From: Acidimicrobiia bacterium | Lineage (GTDB): Bacteria; Actinomycetota; Acidimicrobiia; Spongiisociales; ZC4RG35 | DNA length: 59,817 nucleotides | Direction: 5' to 3' | Assembly: GCA_050329555.1 (NCBI GenBank) | Contig: JBHJOQ010000061.1 | Span: forward strand, 1-59,817 | Shown here: piece by piece, positions 36,641-46,574 of the stretch | How the letters are laid out: each line of letters opens with the position of its first letter | How positions within the stretch are numbered: position 1 is the stretch's first letter | Program-made: the position numbers and the translations under genes | Notes under the pieces: model-generated | The model's database searches: none | The model's input: only the letters and a program-made list of their open reading frames with translations | Told to the model about the DNA's origin: nothing

Positions 36641-37326
36641 TGGGCATCTGGGACCAGTTCGTCGAATTCGTCACCGATCCGGCGACGTGGTCGGGCACGG
36701 GATCGTTCTGGGTCCGGCTCTTCGACCATCTCTGGGTCTCGGTCGCCGCAACCGTGATCGCCTTTGTGGTGGTCTTCCCGCTTGCCCTCTACCTCGGACA
36801 CATAAGGAAGGGCTCGCAGGCGGCGACGGCTGTGGTCAACATCGGCCGGGCTCTACCGTCGTTCGGGATCCTGGCGATTGCGTTTCTCATTCTCGTCCAG
36901 ATGGGCGCCGGAGTGGGCACGCCCTGGTCGATTCTCGTGGCGCTGATCGCTCTTGCCGCGCCCCCTGTGTTCACCAACACGATCGCGGGGATTCAGGCTG
37001 TCGAGCCGGCGACCATCGAGGCGGCACGCGGGATGGGGCTCACCGAGCGGCAGGTCCTGGTCGGCATCGAGCTTCCCATGGCCATGCCGCTGGTGATGGA
37101 AGGGATTCGCATCGCTTTCGTCCAGGTGATTGCCACAGCAACTCTCGGTGCCCTGGTCGCCTGGGGTGGTCTGGGGCGCTACATCATCGACGGATTTGCG
37201 GTCCGTGACAACGGCGAGATCCTGTTCGGGGCGCTTGCAGTCGGGCTGCTGGCGATTGTCGCGGAAGTGAGTTTCAGCTTTATCCAGCGGGCAGTGACAC
37301 CGAAAGGGCTCACCGTCGCCAGATGA
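36640..37326 (+). CDS. Osmoprotectant ABC transporter permease (second subunit)
   Basis: EAARGMGLTERQVLVGIELPMAMPLVMEG. The ATG at 36640 overlaps the upstream stop (TGATG). Confidence 0.8.
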   Translation: MGIWDQFVEFVTDPATWSGTGSFWVRLFDHLWVSVAATVIAFVVVFPLALYLGHIRKGSQAATAVVNIGRALPSFGILAIAFLILVQMGAGVGTPWSILVALIALAAPPVFTNTIAGIQAVEPATIEAARGMGLTERQVLVGIELPMAMPLVMEGIRIAFVQVIATATLGALVAWGGLGRYIIDGFAVRDNGEILFGALAVGLLAIVAEVSFSFIQRAVTPKGLTVAR

Positions 37327-37437
37327 ATTCGGGAATCCCCCGGACTTGCATAGGGTTGGGACTAGTCGGTGCCCGGTGTCGGTCAGTGTCTGACCGAAGG
37401 AAGCGGGCGCCTAATTGTCTATACAAAGGAGAAACCC

Positions 37438-38343
37438 ATGCGGAAACTTGTCCGCAAACGCGCTGTTGGGGCGATCCTGGCCGTGGCCCTGGTGGCAACG
37501 GCTTGTGGGTCGGGTGACAGCGATGGAGAACCGATTGCAGTTGGTTCCTTCGCATTCAACGAGTCAGTGATCGTCGCCGAGATCTATGCCCAAGCCCTCG
37601 AGGCTGAGGGGTTTGAAGTTGAGCGCAAGCTCAATCTCGGCAACCGCGAAGTGGTGAAGCCTGCACTCGAGTCAGGCGAAATCGACCTGGTCCCCGAGTA
37701 CGTGGGCACCCTTGCCGGGTTCCTCGGCGCCACGCCCACTGCCGATTCGGAGTCGACCTGGAACGACGCCAAGGCCGCCTTCGAGGAGAATGGCGTGACG
37801 CTGCTCCGGTACAGTCCGGCGCAGGACAAGAACGCTTACGTGGTCACCGCAGAAACGGCTGCCGAATACGGTCTGAGCACGGTCTCCGATCTTCAGCCGG
37901 TGGCAGGCGAGCTCGTTTTTGGTGGTCCTCCCGAGTGTCCGGAACGAGAGTTCTGCCTGATCGGCTTGAGTGAGGTGTACGGCCTCGAATTCGCCGAATT
38001 CACCCCGCTGGATGTTGCAGGTCCAATCACCATCGCTGCTCTCGACGGTGGGGAGATCGATGTGGCGCTCCTGTTCACAACCTCGGGAATCATCGCCGAC
38101 CGCGGTTGGGTCTCACTGGAAGATGACATGGGGTTGAACCCGGCAGAGAATCTGGTCCCGGCGATTCGCACCGATGTCGTCGACGCCTACGGGGACGACC
38201 TCACCGACCTGCTCAACCGGATCTCGGAGGCGCTCACCACCGAGGACCTCACCGAGATGAACAAGCGTGCCGACATCGACCAGGAGGATCCGGCGGCGCT
38301 GGCCGCTGAGTGGCTCATCGCCAACGGGTTCATCGACGGCTGA
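37438..38343 (+). CDS. Glycine betaine/osmoprotectant ABC substrate-binding lipoprotein
   Basis: MRKLVRKRAVGAILAVALVATAC-GSG lipobox after an AAAGGAGAAA RBS. Also FNESVIVAEIYAQALEAEGF and LVPEYVGT, typical of OpuCC/OsmX-type binding proteins. Confidence 0.8.
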   Translation: MRKLVRKRAVGAILAVALVATACGSGDSDGEPIAVGSFAFNESVIVAEIYAQALEAEGFEVERKLNLGNREVVKPALESGEIDLVPEYVGTLAGFLGATPTADSESTWNDAKAAFEENGVTLLRYSPAQDKNAYVVTAETAAEYGLSTVSDLQPVAGELVFGGPPECPEREFCLIGLSEVYGLEFAEFTPLDVAGPITIAALDGGEIDVALLFTTSGIIADRGWVSLEDDMGLNPAENLVPAIRTDVVDAYGDDLTDLLNRISEALTTEDLTEMNKRADIDQEDPAALAAEWLIANGFIDG

Positions 38344-38365
38344 TCGTCGCTCCCACCTATGAAAA

Positions 38366-38397
38366 AGAGCCCCCTGACCAGGGGGCTCTTTTCGTTT
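38366..38397 (+). terminator. Rho-independent terminator of the osmoprotectant operon
   Basis: AGAGCCCCC-TGACCA-GGGGGCTCT: a 9-bp perfect stem followed by TTTCGTTT. Confidence 0.7.
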
Positions 38398-38451
38398 CCG
38401 AATTTGTCACAGGACGGAGGTACGTTTTGCGGCGAAAGGGTAGGAGATGAA

Positions 38452-38640
38452 ATGCTGATCGACTGTGACAATTGTGCGATGAAAAACACATCGGCGTGTG
38501 ACGACTGCGTGGTCTCCGTCCTGTTCCAGATCGGGCCGGTCGAACTGAGCGACGATGAGTTGACCGCCCTCGATAATCTCGCCGACACCGGGCTGGTTCC
38601 CAGACTGCGCCTCGTGCCCACCGATCGCAGGGCTTCCTAG
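38452..38640 (+). CDS. Small 4-Cys (CxxC-N7-CxxC) hypothetical protein
   Basis: 62 aa MLIDCDNCAMKNTSACDDCVVSVLFQ... preceded by an AGGAGA RBS. The upstream part of the track ORF spans the terminator and is rejected. Confidence 0.4.
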   Translation: MLIDCDNCAMKNTSACDDCVVSVLFQIGPVELSDDELTALDNLADTGLVPRLRLVPTDRRAS

Positions 38641-38771
38641 GAGTCTGTTGGATAATGCCGTTGCTCGGATTGGCGGCCAGGCGCGCCAAACGCAAGGCCG
38701 AGGTTTCGCCACTCCTCGGTCCGGAATGGCGGGGCCGAGAACGCCGCGAGTGTTGATGCCTGGTCGTCAAG

Positions 38772-39140
38772 ATGGGTGACATGCATTGTTCAACGGGCTC
38801 CTCACTACCTGATTGGGCGGTCCCGCCCGTTATCCTCAGCGGGATGGTCGTGGTCTATGCCTCTTCGCTTGCGGTTGGGTTCGTGGCTCTCCTGGTGATC
38901 GTGATGGGTGGAACGCTCGCGGAGAACCTGGGACGCGCCGATCGCGACCCGGGAATGCGTATCGGCCAGCGGGGGCGTCTTATCGTTGGCAGTGTCCTCG
39001 GATTCGGTATCGGCGGCATGGCCGCCGAATTCTCGCCGCTTGGTTTGAGCTGGCCCGTTGCCCTGGCCGCAGCCCTTGTCGCTGCATTGCTTGCTGTGCT
39101 CTGGGTCAGGTACGCCACCGGGTCGGGCGCCGGCGCCTGA
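38772..39140 (+). CDS. Hypothetical membrane protein
   Basis: 122 aa with 3 TM helices. Its stop overlaps the start of the downstream phosphoesterase (TGATG). Confidence 0.4.
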   Translation: MGDMHCSTGSSLPDWAVPPVILSGMVVVYASSLAVGFVALLVIVMGGTLAENLGRADRDPGMRIGQRGRLIVGSVLGFGIGGMAAEFSPLGLSWPVALAAALVAALLAVLWVRYATGSGAGA

Positions 39141-39916
39141 TGCTCGTCGTCTCCGATGTCCACGGCGCCTTCGATGCCCTTGCCGCAATCGCCTCTGCAG
39201 GCGAAACGTTGCTGATCCTCGGCGATCTGGCCAACCTCACCGACTACCGGACCGGTGAAGGAGCGGTCGCCGCAGCCCTCGGCATCGACTTCGCCCGTGA
39301 CGCCGCGCGGGCCCGGGGCGAGGGCGACTTCGAAAAGATGAGGAAGATGTGGCAGAACCGCCCCGGTGACCCGGACGAGGCGCGCCAGGGCATCGAGAGA
39401 GCCATCGCGGATCAATACGGGCGGCTCTCGGCTGCACTGGAGAATGCGTCAGGCTATGTGATCCATGGGAACGTGGACCGGCCCACCGCCCTTGCTGAAT
39501 CCCTCCCTCCTGGATTCGATTACGTGCACGGAAGAAGGGTGGAAATCGAGGGGGTGAGCTTCGGGTTCGCCGGTGGGGGAGTGGCGACCCCGATGCAGGC
39601 TCCTGGGGAGATCTCTGACGACGAGATGCGGGCGACCCTCGACTCGATCGGAGAAGTCGACGTGCTGTGCACCCATGTCGCGCCGGCCCTTGGCCCGCTG
39701 GAGACAGACGTCATCACCGGGCGCAAGGAGCGCAGTTCCCTACCGATCCTCGATTACATTCGCGCGGTCAAACCCAGATTGCACCTATTCGGCGATGTTC
39801 ACCAGCCCCAGGCATCCCGCTGGCGCATCGGAGCGACGAGGTGTGTCAACGTCGGCTACTTCCGGGCGACCGGCCGGGCCTATCACCTCGACGTCAGTGG
39901 TCTGTCGGTCAAATAG
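39140..39916 (+). CDS. Metallophosphoesterase (calcineurin-like)
   Basis: MLVVSDVHG, ILGDL, HGNVD and GDVH motifs. The N-terminal extension of track ORF 38813..39916 is rejected. Confidence 0.7.
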   Translation: MLVVSDVHGAFDALAAIASAGETLLILGDLANLTDYRTGEGAVAAALGIDFARDAARARGEGDFEKMRKMWQNRPGDPDEARQGIERAIADQYGRLSAALENASGYVIHGNVDRPTALAESLPPGFDYVHGRRVEIEGVSFGFAGGGVATPMQAPGEISDDEMRATLDSIGEVDVLCTHVAPALGPLETDVITGRKERSSLPILDYIRAVKPRLHLFGDVHQPQASRWRIGATRCVNVGYFRATGRAYHLDVSGLSVK

Positions 39917-39999
39917 GGCGAGCGTAGAAACGCCGCCAGTATTTGCGACGGGCCGCAGGTTTCTAGGGCCAATCGGGCGCTATTCTCACCTGGGACGAC

Positions 40000-40440
40000 A
40001 TGAGTGAAGGCACCTTTCAAACGCTGGAAATAGACGCACCTGCGACCGACCTGTACGACACCGTCGCCGACATCGCCGGTTACCCCGAGTGGGCAACCGG
40101 GATCAAGGAGGTCGAGGTCCTGGAAACCGATAACGAGGGGAACGTGACCCGTGCCCGATTCGTCATCGACGGCTTCATCAAGGAGATCGAGTACGTCTTG
40201 CGCTACAGACACGCCCGGCCGCATTCGCTGAGCTGGACTGCCGAAGAGAGCGGAGACGTGAAAATGCTCGAGGGTTCGTACACATTCAACGACACCGAAC
40301 ATGGCGTCGAAGTCGTCTATGCGCTGAGCGTCGAGCCCAACTTCAAGATCCCCGGGTTCATTCGCAGCCAGGCCGAGCGCCAGATCGTGACAACGGCCCT
40401 CAAAGGCCTGCGCAAGAGGGTCTCCGAGCGGGCTGAATGA
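40000..40440 (+). CDS. SRPBCC (START/polyketide cyclase-dehydrase-like) protein
   Basis: 146 aa with DLYDTVADIAGYPEW and a typical SRPBCC beta-grip pattern. Confidence 0.7.
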   Translation: MSEGTFQTLEIDAPATDLYDTVADIAGYPEWATGIKEVEVLETDNEGNVTRARFVIDGFIKEIEYVLRYRHARPHSLSWTAEESGDVKMLEGSYTFNDTEHGVEVVYALSVEPNFKIPGFIRSQAERQIVTTALKGLRKRVSERAE

Positions 40441-41612
40441 GGATCGTCCTCGTCACCGGAAAGGGGGGCGTGGGCAAGACAACTGTGGCTGCGGCCACCG
40501 CCCTGGCCGCTGCTGACGCCGGCTATCGGACCATGGTCACCTCCACCGATCCCGCGCACTCCCTCTCCGACGCCCTCACGATGAGCCTGGGAAGCGAGCC
40601 GACCGATATCGCCCCCGATCTCCAGGGCCAGCAGATCGATACCCAGCGTCAGCTCGACAAGTACTGGGGATCGATCAGACGCCAGCTCATGGATGTGCTC
40701 GACTGGGGCGGTGCGGGCGGGATCGAGTCCGAGGAGTTCCTGATCTTCCCCGGGATGGACGAGCTGTTTGCCCTGATCGAGGTCAACGAGCACGCCCGCT
40801 CCGGGGCGTACGACGTGGTTGTGGTCGACTGCGCCCCCACCGCCGAGACTCTCCGTCTCCTCTCTCTTCCGGAAGTCCTCTCCTGGTACTTCGAAAAGGT
40901 GATGCCGACCGAGCGGAAGCTGATGAAGGCCGCCCGCCCGCTTCTCTCCAGGATGACCAATCTGCCGCTGCCCCGCGACGAGGTCTTTGGCGCAGCCCAA
41001 TCGGTCTTCGACTCGATCGAGGGAGTCAAGGAGCTGCTGAGCTCGCCCGAGATCACCTCGGCGCGCCTGGTGGTCAATCCGGAGAAAATGGTGATCGATG
41101 AGGCCCGGCGCACCTATAGCTACCTGGGTCTCTTCGGTTACGGAGTGGACGGTGTCGTCGTGAACCGGGTGCTCCCCGACGACGTCACCGACCCCTATTT
41201 CGATCGCTGGAGATCTATCCAGAAGGGCCATCTCGATGTGGTCGACGAGGCGTTCGCCGATGTGCCCCGACTCCGGGTGCGGTTGTTCGACGACGAGATG
41301 ATCGGTCTGGACCGTCTCCGGCGGCTGGCGCAAGAGCTCTACGGCGAAACCGATCCGATAGCCGATTTCCATGCCACCAGTCCCTTCCGCATTGTCGAAG
41401 GCACGGGCGGCGTGACCATGGAGCTGGACGTTCCCTTCGCCGAGAAAGCGGACCTCGACGTCTACCGCAAGGGAAACGAGCTTTTCGTGCAGCTCGGGCC
41501 CTACCGGCGCTCGTTTGTGCTGCCCGACGCACTGCATCGGCGTGAGGTGACGCGAGCCAAGTTGGACAACGGCGTTCTCGCGGTCTCCTTCAACGAACCG
41601 GACGGGGCTTGA
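40437..41612 (+). CDS. ArsA/Get3-family ATPase with C-terminal HSP20-like domain
   Basis: P-loop TGKGGVGKTTVAAA, STDPAHSL, and VVVDCAPTAETLRLL. The C-terminal beta-sandwich (MELDVPFAEKADLDVYRKGNELFV...AKLDNGVLAV) resembles the ArsA HSP20-like domain. Confidence 0.8.
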   Translation: MRIVLVTGKGGVGKTTVAAATALAAADAGYRTMVTSTDPAHSLSDALTMSLGSEPTDIAPDLQGQQIDTQRQLDKYWGSIRRQLMDVLDWGGAGGIESEEFLIFPGMDELFALIEVNEHARSGAYDVVVVDCAPTAETLRLLSLPEVLSWYFEKVMPTERKLMKAARPLLSRMTNLPLPRDEVFGAAQSVFDSIEGVKELLSSPEITSARLVVNPEKMVIDEARRTYSYLGLFGYGVDGVVVNRVLPDDVTDPYFDRWRSIQKGHLDVVDEAFADVPRLRVRLFDDEMIGLDRLRRLAQELYGETDPIADFHATSPFRIVEGTGGVTMELDVPFAEKADLDVYRKGNELFVQLGPYRRSFVLPDALHRREVTRAKLDNGVLAVSFNEPDGA

Positions 41613-41800
41613 TGCCTGAACGTGACGAGGTGCTCGCCACTCTGGGCCGCGCCGGCAAGCGAGCATTGATCCATATGATTCAGGCTGCAATCGAAGGGGT
41701 AAAGGCGGTCGAGGCTGTGATAGACGAACTGGGGAAAATGGGTGACAATGAGAACGGAGAGCATTCAGCAAATGGGACCGAACGGATAATAGTCGAATGA
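41609..41800 (+). CDS. Small hypothetical protein, translationally coupled to the ArsA-like gene
   Basis: 63 aa with 4-nt overlaps on both sides. No recognised motif. Confidence 0.35.
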   Translation: MMPERDEVLATLGRAGKRALIHMIQAAIEGVKAVEAVIDELGKMGDNENGEHSANGTERIIVE

Positions 41801-42228
41801 CCTACAACAATCAGGAGCGGGTCCGCCCCGACGAAGTCGTACCGCCTGGAGGAAATGCCGTGCAGGGCCGAAAACTGATTCAGGACACCATCCTGATCGT
41901 GCCCAACATCGTCAAGCTGGTGGGAAGGCTGCTCTCCGACCCGAGGGTGCCGCGTCGCTCGAAAATTGCCCTTGGTGCTGCCGCGGCCTACGTCGCAAGC
42001 CCGATCGACCTGATCCCGGACATAGTCCCTGTGGTCGGATGGGCCGATGACATCCTGTTTATGCTGCTTGCAATCGACGGGCTGATCACCCGTTCCGGAC
42101 CAGAGATCGTCGAGGAGCACTGGGACGGTCCGGTCGACCTGCTCAAGCTGATAGAGGACGTCCTATCACTGGCAAGAGGACTCGTCCCCGGCAAGATCAG
42201 GGGCATCTTCGACCGGCTCAATGGGTGA
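41797..42228 (+). CDS. DUF1232 (YkvA-like) membrane protein
   Basis: The YVASPIDLIPDIVPVVGWADD signature of DUF1232. Confidence 0.7.
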   Translation: MTYNNQERVRPDEVVPPGGNAVQGRKLIQDTILIVPNIVKLVGRLLSDPRVPRRSKIALGAAAAYVASPIDLIPDIVPVVGWADDILFMLLAIDGLITRSGPEIVEEHWDGPVDLLKLIEDVLSLARGLVPGKIRGIFDRLNG

Positions 42229-42267
42229 CCCGGGTTTTACCTGCCCCGGGACTAAATTGAGTGGTCA

Positions 42268-43440
42268 ATGGATTTCAGACGAATCGGATCGCTGCCCCCC
42301 TATGCGTTTGCGGAGGTAAACCGTCGCAAGCTGGAGGTCAGGGAGTCCGGCGTTGACGTAATCGACCTGGGATTCGGCAATCCCGATATCGCTTCACCTG
42401 AGATTGCGGTGGAAACCCTCCGTGCGGAGGCCTTGAATCCCGGAAACCACCGCTACTCGGCATCGCGTGGAATCGACGACCTCCGGAGTGCCCTGGCGGC
42501 GCGCTATCAGCGTCGATTCGGAGTCTCCCTCGATCCCGAGACCGAGGTGATCGCCACTATCGGCGCCAAGGAAGGGCTCTCTCATCTCATGTGGACACTT
42601 CTCCAACCCGGAGATGCGGCCATCGTCCCGGACCCGTCGTATCCGATCCACATCTTCGCCCCTGTGATCGCCGGGGCGGAGGTCAGGGTCGCTCCGATCG
42701 GCTCGGAGGAGGACTACTTCGAGGTAGTCGACCGGATGTTCAAGAACTCATGGCCCCGGCCTCGGGTCATCATCGTCAGCTTTCCCCACAACCCGACGAC
42801 CAAAACCGTGGACATCGGGTTCTTCGAGCGCCTCGTGGCTTTCGCCAGGGAGCAGGAGGTTGTAGTTGTCCATGACTTCGCTTACGCCGACATCGCCTTT
42901 GGTGGATACACCGCGCCATCCCTGCTCGAAGTCGACGGGGCGATTGAGGTGGGCGTCGAGCTCTATTCGATGACCAAAAGCCATTCGATGGCTGGTTGGC
43001 GAGTTGGATTCATGTCGGGTAACCCTGAGATTGTGGCCGCCCTGGCCAAGCTGAAGAGCTACCTCGATTACGGGACCTTCCAGCCGATCCAGATCGCAGC
43101 GGCGGCGGCACTCAACGAGGGAGACGGGTTCGTCGACAAGGTCAACGAGATCTACCAGCAGCGACGGGACGCCCTGATCGCCGGACTCGGTGGAATCGGC
43201 TGGGCCGTTTCCCCACCCGAGGCGACGATGTTCGTCTGGGCGCGGATTCCGGAGGCGTACACAGATATGGGGTCGCTCGACTTCTCCATCCACCTGCTGG
43301 AGAAAGCCGGAGTGGCGGTCAGCCCCGGGTTGGGCTTCGGCATCGCAGGCGAAGGCCATGTCCGGTTTGCCCTCGTCGAGGCCGCGGACCGCATCACCGA
43401 AGCGGCGCAGCGGATCGGGAAGGCACTCGGCCGCCTGTGA
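42268..43440 (+). CDS. PLP-dependent class I/II aminotransferase (AlaA/AspC-like)
   Basis: GNPD, HRYSASRG, FPHNPTT and YSMTKSHSMAGWRVGF (PLP Lys). Confidence 0.85.
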   Translation: MDFRRIGSLPPYAFAEVNRRKLEVRESGVDVIDLGFGNPDIASPEIAVETLRAEALNPGNHRYSASRGIDDLRSALAARYQRRFGVSLDPETEVIATIGAKEGLSHLMWTLLQPGDAAIVPDPSYPIHIFAPVIAGAEVRVAPIGSEEDYFEVVDRMFKNSWPRPRVIIVSFPHNPTTKTVDIGFFERLVAFAREQEVVVVHDFAYADIAFGGYTAPSLLEVDGAIEVGVELYSMTKSHSMAGWRVGFMSGNPEIVAALAKLKSYLDYGTFQPIQIAAAAALNEGDGFVDKVNEIYQQRRDALIAGLGGIGWAVSPPEATMFVWARIPEAYTDMGSLDFSIHLLEKAGVAVSPGLGFGIAGEGHVRFALVEAADRITEAAQRIGKALGRL

Positions 43441-43484
43441 TACCGCCCCGTTTTGGGAACTAGGCGAGGCACTACCCTCATCAA

Positions 43485-44510
43485 ATGGCTTTCAGCGATG
43501 GCAGCGCCGACTTCAGATCCGACACGGTAACCCGGCCGACGCCGGCAATGATCGAGGCTATGGCGTATGCCCCGGTGGGTGACGACGTCTATCACGACGA
43601 TCCGACGGTGAATCTGCTCGAAGAGGAATCGGCAGAGGTCACAGGTAAGGAAGCTGGTATCTACGTCCCAACCGGCACAATGGGCAATCAGCTGGCGATC
43701 ATGTTCCACACCAACCCCGGAGAGGAGGTGCTGGCGAACGAGGCCAGCCATGTGAGGAGCATCGAGGGCGGCGCCCCCCAGGCTCTATCCGGCGTCGGTT
43801 TCCGGACCGTCTCCAACTCGAATGGTCAGATAATGCCCGAAGACGTTGAGCGGGCGATGGACGCAGTTGGGTACTTCCCCAGAATCGGCCTCATGGTCTG
43901 GGAGAACACTCACAATCTCTCCGGCGGCCGGGTGATCCCATATGAGGTCTTCGAAAAGACATCGGCAACCGCGGCTGCGAGAGGTCTCAAGATCCACATC
44001 GATGGGGCCCGCATCTTCAATGCGGTCACCGCCACCGGGATCGACGCCTCGACCTGGTCGAAACACGCTGACACTATCCAGTTCTGCTTCTCCAAAGGAC
44101 TGGGGGCACCGGTCGGCTCCATCGTCTGCGGACCGCGCGATTCGATAGCCGAGATCCGATACCTGCGGAAGAGGCTCGGCGGGGGCATGCGCCAGGCCGG
44201 GGTCATCGCGGCTGCCGCCCGGGTTGCACTTGCCGAGAGGGGGCGGCTGGCAGAAGACCATGATCTCGCCGCTTACCTTGCCGCCGGCCTCGCAGAGCGC
44301 TTTCCCGGTTCGGTGGACGTGGCGGATGTGGAGACCAACATGGTCCTTGTCGAGATCGAGGCAATCGGGATCCCGTGGGCAGAGATCAAAGACAGATTGG
44401 ACAATTCGGGGGTGCGGGCGAACCCGCCCCGGCTCGGTGGCTGGAGGCTGGTCGCCCATCGCGACGTCGACCGGGACGATGTCGATCGGCTGCTGACCGC
44501 TCTTTCGTAA
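43485..44510 (+). CDS. ltaE: Low-specificity L-threonine aldolase
   Basis: DFRSDTVTRPT, VGDDVYHDDPT, GTMGNQLA and FCFSKGLGAPVGS (PLP Lys). Confidence 0.8.
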   Translation: MAFSDGSADFRSDTVTRPTPAMIEAMAYAPVGDDVYHDDPTVNLLEEESAEVTGKEAGIYVPTGTMGNQLAIMFHTNPGEEVLANEASHVRSIEGGAPQALSGVGFRTVSNSNGQIMPEDVERAMDAVGYFPRIGLMVWENTHNLSGGRVIPYEVFEKTSATAAARGLKIHIDGARIFNAVTATGIDASTWSKHADTIQFCFSKGLGAPVGSIVCGPRDSIAEIRYLRKRLGGGMRQAGVIAAAARVALAERGRLAEDHDLAAYLAAGLAERFPGSVDVADVETNMVLVEIEAIGIPWAEIKDRLDNSGVRANPPRLGGWRLVAHRDVDRDDVDRLLTALS

Positions 44511-44541
44511 CCGATAACCGGCCGGCAGGGTCGAAACCACA

Positions 44542-45483
44542 GTGAGTTACGCGATACTCTTTCCCGGCCAGGGCAGCCAGGCAGTCGGCATGGGGGCCGA
44601 TAGTTTCGAAGCCCACCCGGTGCTCCTTGGCGAGATCGCCGATTCGATCCTCGGTTGGTCCTTGCGCAGGTTGTGTCTCGACGGCCCTGCCGAAGAGCCG
44701 ACCCGCACCGAACATGCCCAACCCGCCCTCTTTGCCGTCTCCTACACCCTGTGGCTCTCATTTCGGGAAGCTGTGGGCAAATCCCCCGTTGCGGCCGCCG
44801 GACACTCTCTGGGCGAATATACCGCCCTCACCGCTGCCGGAGCGCTCAGCTTCGAGCAGGGCCTGAAGTTGGTTGCCGGCAGGGGGAAGCACATGGCAAA
44901 AGCTGCTGACCTCGAGCCCTCGGGCATGGCAGCGCTGATCGGCGCTGACGAAAAGCTCGCGGAAAAGGTCGTCAACGAAAACCAGAGCGGCGGTGGCAGG
45001 CTGCAGCTCGCCAACCTGAACGCTCCCGGCCAGGTGGTTGTTGCAGGCAGCGCTGCCGATCTGGAGTGGCTGGGGGAACATGGGCAGGACCTCGGGGTGA
45101 GGCGGGTCATCCCTCTCCACGTTGCCGGGGCGTTCCACTCCTCGTTCATGTCTCAGGCTGCCGAGCAACTCGCCAATATGACCGCCGACGTCGGCTTCGC
45201 CGTGCCGGAGTTCGATGTGATCTCCAACGTGACGGGCCGGCCACATGAGGCAAACTCGGTCGGGGCGAAACTCGTCGAGCAGGTGACCTCACCGGTCCGT
45301 TTCGAGGAGTCACTCCGGAACATGGCGGCATCCGGCATCGGCACATTCGTCCACATCGGGCCCGGCGACGTGACAGCAGGGCTGGCGAAACGGACGATTC
45401 CTGATGCAAATGTGTTTACCGTGTCATCGCTGGATGACATCGACTCAGCGGTTGAGTCACTGAGTACGATCGTCAATAGCTGA
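44542..45483 (+). CDS. fabD: Malonyl-CoA:ACP transacylase
   Basis: FPGQGSQ, GHSLGEY (active Ser) and VAGAFHS motifs. Confidence 0.9.
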   Translation: MSYAILFPGQGSQAVGMGADSFEAHPVLLGEIADSILGWSLRRLCLDGPAEEPTRTEHAQPALFAVSYTLWLSFREAVGKSPVAAAGHSLGEYTALTAAGALSFEQGLKLVAGRGKHMAKAADLEPSGMAALIGADEKLAEKVVNENQSGGGRLQLANLNAPGQVVVAGSAADLEWLGEHGQDLGVRRVIPLHVAGAFHSSFMSQAAEQLANMTADVGFAVPEFDVISNVTGRPHEANSVGAKLVEQVTSPVRFEESLRNMAASGIGTFVHIGPGDVTAGLAKRTIPDANVFTVSSLDDIDSAVESLSTIVNS

Positions 45484-45488
45484 GGTGA

Positions 45489-46574
45489 ATGATGAATGCT
45501 GAGATAACCGGCTGGGGCAAGTGTATGCCCCCCAATGTCCTTTCCAACCACGACCTGGAACAGATTGTCGACACATCCGACGACTGGATCACCACGCGCA
45601 CCGGCATCAAAGAGCGACGGATCTCCCATGTCGAGGCATCCGACCTGGCAGCTGTTGCCTGCTTGCGCGCCCTGGCCGCCGCCGGCAAATCGGTTGAGGA
45701 CGTCGATCTCCTGCTCGTCGCCACCTGCTCGGGAGACTCGATCATCCCTTCGACGGCCTCCCGGGTCCAGGAGAAGATCGGTGCCGTCAACGCCGCAGCC
45801 ATGGACCTCAATGCAGCATGCTCCGGCTTCGTCTACGGGCTGGTAACCGGGGCCAACATGATTCGGGGCGGGACCAACAAGACCGTCCTGTTGGTGGGCA
45901 CCGAGAAGCTGCACCATTTGATGAATTTCACCGACCGCACCACCTGTGTCCTCTTCGGAGACGGCGCCGGTGCCGTCGTTCTGGAGTCCTGCGAGGACGG
46001 TGTCGGCGTGCTCGGCTCAGAGTTGGGCATCGATGGATCGGCGGGCAAGTTCCTCGAAGTGCCGACGGACGGAACCCAGGGCGACTGGTCACCACGACCC
46101 TCGGAACAGTGCGCAATCCAGATGGATGGCCAGGAGGTATTCAGGAGGGCGGTCACCAAGATGGCGGAGAGCTCCCTGCAGGCCCTGGAAAAGTCGGGCC
46201 TCGGCCTGGAGGATGTCGACCTCCTCATCCCGCACCAGGCAAATGTCAGGATCATCGACGCAACCGCGCGCCGACTGGGTGTCGACAGCGCCAAGGTCTT
46301 TGTCAACATCCACTCCTACGGCAACACTTCGGCGGCGACCATTCCGGTTGCACTCACCGAGGCACTCGAGCAGGGACAGATCGCGCCGGGTTCCATCGTT
46401 GCCTTCACCGCGTTTGGCGGCGGACTCACCTGGGGCTCGGCAATCGTCCGTTGGGGTGCCCGGGTTGAGCCATTGCAGGAAAGCGACGCCGAGCTGCCTC
46501 CGGTCGATCGCAGCACACTCGAGATACTCCAGTCGAACTTCGACTTCTTCGGGGTCCCGGAGAAGTTGGCTTGA
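45489..46574 (+). CDS. fabH: 3-oxoacyl-ACP synthase III
   Basis: [20 protein letters not shown] (active Cys), HQAN and GNTSAAT. Confidence 0.9.
   Translation: MMNAEITGWGKCMPPNVLSNHDLEQIVDTSDDWITTRTGIKERRISHVEASDLAAVACLRALAAAGKSVEDVDLLLVATCSGDSIIPSTASRVQEKIGAVNAAAMDLNAACSGFVYGLVTGANMIRGGTNKTVLLVGTEKLHHLMNFTDRTTCVLFGDGAGAVVLESCEDGVGVLGSELGIDGSAGKFLEVPTDGTQGDWSPRPSEQCAIQMDGQEVFRRAVTKMAESSLQALEKSGLGLEDVDLLIPHQANVRIIDATARRLGVDSAKVFVNIHSYGNTSAATIPVALTEALEQGQIAPGSIVAFTAFGGGLTWGSAIVRWGARVEPLQESDAELPPVDRSTLEILQSNFDFFGVPEKLA

Noticed and set aside
40317-41771. 484-aa minus-strand ORF
   Set aside because: It is fully antisense to the ArsA-like ATPase, which has an unambiguous P-loop and family motifs. 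This is a high-GC antisense artefact.
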